From Staphylococcus phage SAC, in the sequence record OR234014.1: DNA of 64,000 nt, one strand, 5' to 3'. Below are positions 29,552 to 38,295 of this stretch, in pieces. How positions within the stretch are numbered: the stretch's first letter is position 1; each line of letters opens with the position of its first letter. The position numbers were made by a program, and so were the translations under genes. Below the pieces are notes generated by a model. That model made no database searches and had not been told where the DNA came from. It saw only the letters and a list, made by a program, of their open reading frames with translations.

Positions 29552-29798
29552 CAATTATGTTACGATTAGGTTCGTTACTCCTAACCTTCTTGTAGTCTCC
29601 TACAAAGTTCAGACTATATCTTAACCATATCTAATGAGACTTAGGTTCTCCCTGTTTCCAATCACTTGATTGTACATAATAGTCGTTGCACCTTCCTAGT
29701 AATTTATTAAGCTTGGCTCATGATTGTCTCAAATGAGAGAGTTCCCATGAATTAAAGGAGTTACACTTATAATATTTCTACTATAAGGGGCAAAATTT
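29552..29798 (-). mobile_element. ORF-less group I intron in the helicase Walker A codons
   Basis: Exon 1 ends ATNAG (GGT) and exon 2 starts KTEV, restoring GxxxxGKT. R element GTTCAACGACTA (29680-29690 region, reverse complement) and S element GATATAGTCTG (29610-29623, reverse complement). The 5' end resembles the nrdE intron. Confidence 0.7.
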
Positions 29799-30236
29799 AC
29801 CTGCATTGGTAGCTTGCTTACATATACCATTATAATTGACTAAACTATTAAACACAGCTTCATACTGATAGTCACGTAATGTAATCTTACCTACGTTATT
29901 ATCTAGTAGCTGTATTTCATCATCAATATCTTCTTCAGCTAAAAAGCTTTCAGATTTTTCATCAATAATTTCGTATTGAAAGTTATGTCTTGATTGTAAC
30001 TCACCTAGTAATGTTATCATCTTAGGTAACAACCCACTAGGGAATTTGTTCTCAGCATAATCGTAGAAATCCACATAACCATCCCACACACCTCGTTTAA
30101 AAGCTAAGCTATGTTGATAGCCCTCTTTCTTAGCTCCTAACGTTTTATGAACACGCTTAAGTATGATATCTTTAATATACCCGTCACTTTCATCAAAATC
30201 TACATATGTATATATATTCTGTTGTCTTAATTGCAT
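29799..30236 (-). CDS. SF2 helicase, exon 1
   Basis: RDYQYEAV (Q/Ia-like motif) followed by ...KQATNAG (first half of Walker A). The annotated KFCPL-stop tail is intron read-through. Confidence 0.7.
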
Positions 30237-30294
30237 ATATTCTCCTTTCTTTTTATTCCTTTATTATCTTACCATATTTATTAAAGTTAGTCAA

Positions 30295-30325
30295 GAAAAA
30301 AAAAGACTAGGAATTATCCTAGTCT
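30295..30325 (-). terminator. rho-independent terminator
   Basis: Perfect 8-bp stem AGACTAGG/CCTAGTCT followed by T9 on the minus strand. Confidence 0.55.
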
Positions 30326-31688
30326 ATGGTAAAGAGATACCTACAACACGTGTAACATATTGGTCTTTATTATTATTTACTGCACTATCTTTAATTGTCC
30401 ATGTATCACCAGTAATAGATAAAGTTACTCGATAGTACTCTACTCCAATATTAGAGTCTCCTGATACATAAGCTCCTGAACATGTGTAAATACCATCTCC
30501 ATCTATATAAAACTTATGACATAAAGTACCTGTTTTATCCGTACCTTTTGTGTTTTGTAAGGCTCTGTATCTTGTGTATATCTCTACGTATTGGTAGTTA
30601 GATATAGAATCAGACATAGTTTCTTTTTTATTTGTATCTTTAAAGTTATGTGCTCCATTCCATAGTTCTTTAAAACCAGGTAATGTTTTTGTTGTGTTCC
30701 ATGTATTACCATTTACGGAACCATTAATAGTTCTACCGTCAGTACCTATTGCGGTATATACACCATATAAATTAGTATAGTTGTTTGAGTCTGATATAAA
30801 TATACCTCTGCAACTAACCGTAGACGGAGAGCCTGAAACACCACCTTGTATATAGAAAGTAAAAACAGTTTTACTCGTTTCTTCAATATGTTTAGCTATA
30901 GCTTGTTGGAATGTTATATTGTCTGCTGTATATACGGATAATGAGTAATTATTGTTTTCCGCATCTCCATTTACATTAGATACAAGATATTTGCTTATCT
31001 TTTGTACGTCTAAATCAGTTCTCCAAGCACCCCAATTGTCATACGATTTCTTAACATTAAGATATTCTTTTCCCGTGCTACTATCCGTTAATCTTAACAT
31101 TCTATTATCATTACTGTCTATGGAAACTTGTAAGAATCCTTCATAAACACCACTAGGCATATCCGACATATTAGACACGTAATATGTACCTTGTGTATTA
31201 ATATCAAAAGGACTTCCACCTATATGTGATGTATATTTATTATTAGGTAAACTTTGTACTACTTGCCATTGTGATGTTTGGTAGTTAGTAACGAATCGGT
31301 GCATCACTTTTGATTTACTGTCCGCCGTTGACAATGTATACAATATTTGTATTACTCTATCCTCAGTATCTAATGTTAATACTTGCAGTAATACATCTAT
31401 ATTTTCCATATCTGGTTTATCATACATAGTAGCCAATGTACGTGCTCCTATGTAATATAAACCTACTTTTTTAATGTCTCTTAAGTAATTGGTATAATCT
31501 ATATCTTTAGCTAATCCTCTATCCGTTGTTAACTTAACTTTCTGTGCTTTACTTACGTCTAATTGTAAGTCTGTAGTTACTTCAAAGATATTTCTATCCT
31601 CAGTTAATACACTACCTATGTTATTAACTTGTTTTGTTAGGTCTGCTATTGTACTGTTTTCCGTAATAGGTGTAAAATTTAGTGCCAT
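30324..31688 (-). CDS. receptor-binding/tail fibre protein
   Basis: 454 aa, S/T/N/Y-rich beta-rich protein at the distal end of the baseplate module. Confidence 0.45.
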   Translation of the reverse strand: MALNFTPITENSTIADLTKQVNNIGSVLTEDRNIFEVTTDLQLDVSKAQKVKLTTDRGLAKDIDYTNYLRDIKKVGLYYIGARTLATMYDKPDMENIDVLLQVLTLDTEDRVIQILYTLSTADSKSKVMHRFVTNYQTSQWQVVQSLPNNKYTSHIGGSPFDINTQGTYYVSNMSDMPSGVYEGFLQVSIDSNDNRMLRLTDSSTGKEYLNVKKSYDNWGAWRTDLDVQKISKYLVSNVNGDAENNNYSLSVYTADNITFQQAIAKHIEETSKTVFTFYIQGGVSGSPSTVSCRGIFISDSNNYTNLYGVYTAIGTDGRTINGSVNGNTWNTTKTLPGFKELWNGAHNFKDTNKKETMSDSISNYQYVEIYTRYRALQNTKGTDKTGTLCHKFYIDGDGIYTCSGAYVSGDSNIGVEYYRVTLSITGDTWTIKDSAVNNNKDQYVTRVVGISLP

Positions 31689-31693
31689 ACTAT

Positions 31694-32050
31694 TTATCCT
31701 TTCTTAGATAACAATTCTTGTAACATTCTTTTTAGTTCCTCTACTTCACTCTCTAATTTTTTGTAGTCTTCTTTAGGTACAAACTCTTCTGGTGGTTGGT
31801 ATTCTATGTCCTCTACACTCTTCGAGTTATCTTCAAAGCTTTTATTATATATTACTTCGTTAGTGTTCTTATAATACGCATACTTATTACTAACAAAATC
31901 AACAAAGAATCCATCAGGTAGAATAGACCTTGATACTTTTACATCACCATTGTTCTCTTCATATCCACCTACAATAGTATATCCCATAATATACTTATTA
32001 TCTTTTAAGTGTAACACAATTTCATCTTTACCAATGTCATACTTTATCAT
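31694..32050 (-). CDS. hypothetical protein (possible tail-fibre chaperone)
   Basis: 118 aa with a coiled-coil C-terminus, lying between two receptor-binding protein genes. Confidence 0.3.
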   Translation of the reverse strand: MIKYDIGKDEIVLHLKDNKYIMGYTIVGGYEENNGDVKVSRSILPDGFFVDFVSNKYAYYKNTNEVIYNKSFEDNSKSVEDIEYQPPEEFVPKEDYKKLESEVEELKRMLQELLSKKG

Positions 32051-32067
32051 CTATAAAACCTCTTCTC

Positions 32068-33993
32068 TTAAATATATGTTAACCCTATTACTCTTAGTAC
32101 TTCAATGTGACCTGTTTGATTGAATTGTGCGACTGTTGTGGTATTTCTATTTCCATCTAGGTTAATTGTTTTTGACATTTTAGCAGTGACATTTATCTTA
32201 TCAGTAATGTCACAATATCCTTCAAAGAAATCTACGCTAGAATTAGAGCCATCATTTACTAAGTTAAAGTCTCTAATTACAATACTAGATGTAGTAGCAG
32301 GGAATCTTCTAGTTGTATTATGTCCAGAACTTCTAGTCCAATATACTACGTCAATAAAATCATAGTTATATAACGAATCTGATAGATTTACTGTGTTTCC
32401 TGAAGCAAGGTCAAGCGTTCCTTCCCAAAGGCTAGTACTAGCCATTTGAACTTTCATGGCTTGCCAACCATTATTATCTTTATTATATGTTAAAGAATAT
32501 TTCTTGCCTTTAGTATCACTAAAATCCATTTGTATTACTTTATTTGTAGTGTTTATATTATTATTTTTATACGCTACTTGTATTGTGCCTTGTATTGTTT
32601 TATTACTAGGAGTTCCACTTATAGAACCATCACAGTAGAAGGTATAAAAACCTTGAGGTACAGACATTGCTAATTGTTGCAGACTTCTACCATTCGAGCT
32701 TTGGTAATCCCATACGTATTTATAGTAGTCATTACTATATGTATCTACGCTACTGTGTGATTGAAGCTCATCTTTACTTGTTGTCTCAGTCCAATTACTC
32801 CATATTTCATCATATTTTCTTTTATCATAAGTATGAGTAATAAAAGGAGTTACCGAGTATGATTTTTCTAATTTTGGTAGTGCATAATACACAATAGCTC
32901 CATTATTAGTAGAATTAGAGCAGTTAAATCTTAGTAGGGCTGATATATAATTAACCCTATCATTACTAGACTCTTGGTTATATGATTGTAAAGTAAAAGT
33001 AAAGGAGAACTTTTTCCACTCCGTAGATAAGTCATAATAGTTAACCTCTCTCCTACCTCCTGTGTATGGGTTATTGTCTTGATAAACATAATTATACCCA
33101 GCAATCTCAAAGTAGGGGAAATTACCATTTAACAAATTAGGGTCATTTACTTTAATATAAACAGACATTGTAACAGTATCCCCTACATATAGTTCGTCTC
33201 CTATTCTAAATCGTTTTGACATAACTGTAGGATATGATTCCCCTCCATCATCTAATTGAATAGTATTTTCACCCATATATCTAACTGTTGAGGTAGATGC
33301 ATTATTAGTAAAACCCCAAAAAGATGTATTATCTATATAATCCGTTCTTATATTAGCTACATCCGTCATTGGTAATGTGAATAAACTATCTCTTAATAAG
33401 TTAGGTTGTTGGTCTTGGCGTGGTAACTTTCTAATCATTTTAAATGTTAAAGTAGAATTAATAGGATTAAATTCAGCTAAAGCTGAGGTACCATTTTTAC
33501 TTTCCTTATAATTTATCCATCCTGTGTTTAAATTACTTTTAGGGGGATTTATGAGTGTTGCAAATTGAGTTGTGGACTCTGTTAAATTTTTTACATTAAT
33601 TGTATTTCCTGAATCGTATAATGTACCTTCATCTAGTTTAAAACTAACCCAATCATAGACAGTACCATTATAATAAGTTTTCACAAACAATTTATTTGTG
33701 TTAGACGGGGCATAATATAACTTATAATAAGTACTACCCTTTTTATCTAAGTGTAAAAACCCTATATTACTTACACCTTGCGGGGTGTTTCTTGCTTGTG
33801 TTACAAAGTAGTCACCTGAGTCTTGTATGAAATTTAAAACATTATTTAAATCAGGATAACTAATCGTTTTTAAATCAGATAAGTTAACTTCTTCTTTTAA
33901 GTATTTACCCATTTCATTTACTTTAGGGTACATATCCTTTAATCTTTGTGATTCTGTTAGAGGTGTGTAGTTAAACGTCATGTGTGTAATCAC
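32068..33993 (-). CDS. receptor-binding protein
   Basis: 641 aa, N/S/T/Y-rich. The annotated start is GTG; an ATG at 33981 is an alternative start. Confidence 0.45.
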   Translation of the reverse strand: MITHMTFNYTPLTESQRLKDMYPKVNEMGKYLKEEVNLSDLKTISYPDLNNVLNFIQDSGDYFVTQARNTPQGVSNIGFLHLDKKGSTYYKLYYAPSNTNKLFVKTYYNGTVYDWVSFKLDEGTLYDSGNTINVKNLTESTTQFATLINPPKSNLNTGWINYKESKNGTSALAEFNPINSTLTFKMIRKLPRQDQQPNLLRDSLFTLPMTDVANIRTDYIDNTSFWGFTNNASTSTVRYMGENTIQLDDGGESYPTVMSKRFRIGDELYVGDTVTMSVYIKVNDPNLLNGNFPYFEIAGYNYVYQDNNPYTGGRREVNYYDLSTEWKKFSFTFTLQSYNQESSNDRVNYISALLRFNCSNSTNNGAIVYYALPKLEKSYSVTPFITHTYDKRKYDEIWSNWTETTSKDELQSHSSVDTYSNDYYKYVWDYQSSNGRSLQQLAMSVPQGFYTFYCDGSISGTPSNKTIQGTIQVAYKNNNINTTNKVIQMDFSDTKGKKYSLTYNKDNNGWQAMKVQMASTSLWEGTLDLASGNTVNLSDSLYNYDFIDVVYWTRSSGHNTTRRFPATTSSIVIRDFNLVNDGSNSSVDFFEGYCDITDKINVTAKMSKTINLDGNRNTTTVAQFNQTGHIEVLRVIGLTYI

Positions 33994-34141
33994 CTTTCAA
34001 TTTTTTAAGCTCATCAATAAGCTCATTAACTTCTTGTAGTTTATCTTTATATGTTTGTTCCATTTCTTTTATAGCTTTTTCTTCTACAGTAGGAATAAAG
34101 AGTTTAGCTTGTGAGTAAGGGTCTCTATATTCTGTAGGCAT
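33971..34141 (-). CDS. small hypothetical protein (56 aa)
   Basis: ATG at 34141 with a GGAAG RBS. Reads MPTEYRDPYSQAKLF...KKLKGDYTHDV. Not in the ORF track because it is under 60 aa. Confidence 0.3.
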   Translation of the reverse strand: MPTEYRDPYSQAKLFIPTVEEKAIKEMEQTYKDKLQEVNELIDELKKLKGDYTHDV

Positions 34142-34192
34142 AATATCACTTCCTTAGTTAAATAAAAAGAGGGTATGAAACCCTCTTTAAAC

Positions 34193-37100
34193 TTACTCAT
34201 CTCTTGTTGTAACCATAAGTCTACGTACACGAGGTCTTAAGAAACTATTTTCAGTTGATAAGTCTAATCTTACTTGTAATTTGTTATTCTTAGTAGAGTG
34301 ATTTACTTTCTCATCAATAGCATATCTATTAAAGTCTCTATTAGCCTTAACTACCTGAGCAGACTTAGTAAATGTTTTCCAAGTTTTACCATCATCGTCT
34401 GAATACTTAGGAATAACATTAGTGCCCTTAGGTAAGAATGCTTCATAACTAAATCTTATTGTGTTGTATGGAGCTTCTGTCATATCAATAGCTCTACCGA
34501 TATATGAACCTTTTAACTCAGTTAAGAATGTAGTAAACGTTAAGTCATTAGAACTTAATAAAGGTGAAATATACTTATTAGACTCAAATGTAGCTTTTAA
34601 TTTAACTTGTTTAGCTAAACCTAATACCTCTAAATCTTGGTAGTTACCAATAGGTTCCCATTTTAATTGGTCAAATGTAGTAGATGTAGCCATGCCATCT
34701 AAAATCATTTTAATTTCCCAAGTACAACCTGTTCTTTCAGGAGTTAAGTACGTAGACATTAAAACTAATCTATCTGCTGATACATTCTTAATAGGTTCAA
34801 ATTCAATTGTAGCTGTTTCATTAAACTTAGAAGTATATACACCAAATTTTAAATCTGAATTTTGGTGTGGAGTCCAAGTACTAGCGTTAGATGAACTAAA
34901 TAGAACGCCTTGTACATATGGATTACCGCTAATAACTTCATTAGGTTTATCAATCTTAGGTTTTGTTCTTGTTCCGACCCACATAGTATAATCACTATTT
35001 TCTGTAATAATGACAATAGCATACTCTTTACCTGCTTCAGCCATCATAGGGTCATCAAAGTATACTCTAGTTTCAGCACTAGCATTATTAGATACTTTAA
35101 TATCATCTGAGTTGATTACTGTTTCAGCATATACCGTCTTGTTAGGGTAACCTGTATCTCCCATACCACGAATTTGTACAGTTACATTACTAGACTTATC
35201 TCCTTTACTAGCAAAGTATAAACCTAAAGAACTAATAGTTCTACTTTCATCATATTGGAATGATTGTGCTAATGGGTCTACTAAGTTTACTGTAACACGT
35301 GTTTTGATAATAACATCTTGTACAGTCTTCTTACGTCCTTGAGCTGTATATGTTGTAGCACTTGTAGAGTTAGCATTTTTCAATGTTACTTCTCTATTAC
35401 CGCAACGAATACCTGCTGGAATTGTAAATGTACCTTTAGCTGTGCCTTTAGCATCAGACATAATTGTACCATCTTCAGAACCTTTTCTATAACCTGTTGC
35501 TGGTGTAATAGCACAACGAACACCATCAAATAAAATATACAAATTATTATCATTAGGATTTAAACCATTAACTTCGAAAGATACGTCACGAACACGAATA
35601 AATTCAATCATTTCTTCAAGTGTACGCTGTCCTACAGCCTCTAATAGAGTACCTGTTCTACCATGTTCTCTATCATATGCGTATGACTTACCTTTCCACT
35701 CTTGTCCTTTATCTAACTGTAAGTTAGAATATAAGTAATGTTCTGTTTCTCCATAATAACTTTCATTATGTCTCCAGAATCTTTTCATTGTTACTTTTTT
35801 AGTTTTCTGTTCTGTGATTGTTACATTCTGAGTATCTATCCAGTTATCTTCACTAGGAGTTAATTTTAACACACCTTGTTTATTTGGTATATTATAAGGG
35901 TTTACATTTAAAGTTTCTGATGCTTGTCCTTGGTAAATTGTACGCTCTTCTGTAAATGGTGCGGAAATTAGTCGACCCCATACATGAGCTGTAGTGTCTC
36001 CTTGAATAATCTTAGGTTGGTTTACAGCTTCCTTATAGGCTAAAGTAGCCTCCGCATCATCAAAACTAAACACAATACCAAAGTCAGGGTGTGTAATATC
36101 AGCTTTATCTAAAGATATAAAACCTTCACTAAATACAGAACGTAATGTTAATGGGTTTTGTTTTTCCATTGCGCCATCATCCAAAGCATTAACAGCTTGG
36201 TTATACTCTAAATTATCTACTCTAGTTTTTACTTTTTGTAAGTCTTCCATAGATAATCTAGTAATAGCATATGAAATACATACTGCTTCGTTAGAATCAG
36301 GTAATACTGTTACAGTACCTAATTGTAAGTTCTCAGGGTCTGTATTTAAAGGTGGTGTTACTAATCTCATAATATTAGGTTCACCTTTAAGAATAGCAAT
36401 ATCACCAAACTTATTAATAAAAACAGCATCTTTACGAGCTAAGTAGTAAGTATAGTCTACAAGTACAACACTTTGGTCAATAGGCTTAGTACCATTAACA
36501 GGTGTGAAATTAATAGACCAGCGTTTACCTTCTCCCTCACCTACTGTAGATACTTCATAATCTTTACCTACTTCCATCTTTCTGTTGTACTTATACGAAA
36601 CATAATAAGATGTACCTCCATTAGGTTCTTGACCTGAAGGAGACCAGTCTATTGTTTGACCATCAGTAAGTCTATAGTCTTCTCCTTGTTTGTATTCTTT
36701 TGTTGTCTGACCTGGACTTGTTTCTGTCCATACTCTAACCACTTCAAAAGCTGTTTTATTAGATAAATAGTCTTGAGAATCTCCTGTTGAACTTCTTGTA
36801 ACACGCTCTTTATCTACTAATACTTGCGCTGTTACACGTTGAACATCTTTTACAGGGGTATTAGCTAAAGTAATATTATTTGATGATTTATTAAATACAG
36901 TACTTTCATTTTCTGCTTTACCTAGTTCCCTTGACTTCTCTACACTAATTCTAGTAGAAACTGGTTTATCTACTTTATAACCTTTTACATATGCCTTACC
37001 AGCATCTACAACAACAGATACATGATTATCATCTTCGGCGTTTCCTTCTGAAAATAGCTCAAATCCACTAACTTTATATGAACCCGACTCATCATAAGTA

Positions 37101-37651
37101 CGCTCTGCTAATACTTTGTTGATTTTATCCATCTCAGCATTAGTAGATTGGATATAGAGGTCTCCATCCATAAAAGTATAAATAGTAGCAGAAGTAGGGT
37201 CATTGACTGTTAAAGATAACTTCTCTTCTAGACGGTCTGCACCCTTAGAAAAATAACTAGGAACTCCGCTTGTTTGGTCTAATAAGCTATTATCTTCATC
37301 AGGTGTAATAATTCTTTCTGTTAGTTTAATACCTACTGTTTCTTTACCTACACCCGTAATTTTAACAGTGTCTTCACTACTATAGTAACGTATCTTACCA
37401 TTTATATACACATAACCTGGGTTAACTTGTAGTACATTATCTTTAGTTAATGTAAAACCTAATCCTGATTGTTTATCCCCATCTTTAAAAATAGAATCCC
37501 CTAAATTTTTTAAGTAATATTGTTCAATAGACTGCATTTCATTTAGTTCTGATTGTTGTAGTGGTCTATCTGGATTAAATAGTACTCTTGTTCTATCTTT
37601 TGTAGGGTCAAATCTATCTAAGTATGGAGAACTTTTAAAATTAATTGCCAT
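34193..37651 (-). CDS. large adsorption-associated tail/baseplate protein (1152 aa)
   Basis: Size, position and beta-rich composition. Confidence 0.5.
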   Translation of the reverse strand: MAINFKSSPYLDRFDPTKDRTRVLFNPDRPLQQSELNEMQSIEQYYLKNLGDSIFKDGDKQSGLGFTLTKDNVLQVNPGYVYINGKIRYYSSEDTVKITGVGKETVGIKLTERIITPDEDNSLLDQTSGVPSYFSKGADRLEEKLSLTVNDPTSATIYTFMDGDLYIQSTNAEMDKINKVLAERTYDESGSYKVSGFELFSEGNAEDDNHVSVVVDAGKAYVKGYKVDKPVSTRISVEKSRELGKAENESTVFNKSSNNITLANTPVKDVQRVTAQVLVDKERVTRSSTGDSQDYLSNKTAFEVVRVWTETSPGQTTKEYKQGEDYRLTDGQTIDWSPSGQEPNGGTSYYVSYKYNRKMEVGKDYEVSTVGEGEGKRWSINFTPVNGTKPIDQSVVLVDYTYYLARKDAVFINKFGDIAILKGEPNIMRLVTPPLNTDPENLQLGTVTVLPDSNEAVCISYAITRLSMEDLQKVKTRVDNLEYNQAVNALDDGAMEKQNPLTLRSVFSEGFISLDKADITHPDFGIVFSFDDAEATLAYKEAVNQPKIIQGDTTAHVWGRLISAPFTEERTIYQGQASETLNVNPYNIPNKQGVLKLTPSEDNWIDTQNVTITEQKTKKVTMKRFWRHNESYYGETEHYLYSNLQLDKGQEWKGKSYAYDREHGRTGTLLEAVGQRTLEEMIEFIRVRDVSFEVNGLNPNDNNLYILFDGVRCAITPATGYRKGSEDGTIMSDAKGTAKGTFTIPAGIRCGNREVTLKNANSTSATTYTAQGRKKTVQDVIIKTRVTVNLVDPLAQSFQYDESRTISSLGLYFASKGDKSSNVTVQIRGMGDTGYPNKTVYAETVINSDDIKVSNNASAETRVYFDDPMMAEAGKEYAIVIITENSDYTMWVGTRTKPKIDKPNEVISGNPYVQGVLFSSSNASTWTPHQNSDLKFGVYTSKFNETATIEFEPIKNVSADRLVLMSTYLTPERTGCTWEIKMILDGMATSTTFDQLKWEPIGNYQDLEVLGLAKQVKLKATFESNKYISPLLSSNDLTFTTFLTELKGSYIGRAIDMTEAPYNTIRFSYEAFLPKGTNVIPKYSDDDGKTWKTFTKSAQVVKANRDFNRYAIDEKVNHSTKNNKLQVRLDLSTENSFLRPRVRRLMVTTRDE

Positions 37652-37670
37652 ATATATTCAATTCTCCTTT

Positions 37671-38210
37671 TTAAACTTCAATGATAAAGCGCTCTTTTAC
37701 AGTTGTTTGTTCACTTCTATTTTGGAACTGTTTATTATCATAAAATAATAAAGTTCCTGTAGATTGCACTTCACTAGGTAGTAAGTTAAATTTAGAAATA
37801 CTATCTTTAGCTAACAAATCCATAACAAATCCTACTTGTCTATATGTACCTAAGGGTAACTCATCCCCAACAATACTACTTTCTAAGTACACCCACTTAG
37901 CACCTTCAGCAACTGCATTAGCTGAGTCAATTTCTACCCATCGTTTATTACCATATGTAATTTCTTTTTTACTTTCATCACCCGTTGTTTTTGCAGGTCT
38001 AACTAATGCTACCTTAGTTGCTTTTTTATATCCGATAACTTCTTGTAATGATGTTGCTGTTTCTTCAGGTTGAGGTGGGCTTGTTTCATTAGCCCACGCT
38101 GTACTTTTACCAATTGTTAAATAAATAGAATCAGCCTTACTTACAATGTATTTAGCTAACTCTACATGTGAAGCATTTGTTGCTATAGCCATATTTTTTA
38201 TTCCTTTCAT
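37671..38210 (-). CDS. hypothetical structural protein
   Basis: ORF of 179 aa with its own promoter upstream. Confidence 0.4.
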   Translation of the reverse strand: MKGIKNMAIATNASHVELAKYIVSKADSIYLTIGKSTAWANETSPPQPEETATSLQEVIGYKKATKVALVRPAKTTGDESKKEITYGNKRWVEIDSANAVAEGAKWVYLESSIVGDELPLGTYRQVGFVMDLLAKDSISKFNLLPSEVQSTGTLLFYDNKQFQNRSEQTTVKERFIIEV

Positions 38211-38261
38211 GTCTAGTATTCTGTATTAATATAACAAGGTATACTATAATACGCATACCTT

Positions 38262-38290
38262 ACTATATCATATTAATACTTTATTGTCAA
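38262..38290 (-). promoter_or_regulatory. sigma-A-type promoter TTGACA-N17-TATAGT
   Basis: Reverse complement reads TTGACAataaagtattaatatgaTATAGT, upstream of 37671-38210. Confidence 0.45.
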
Positions 38291-38295
38291 TATCT

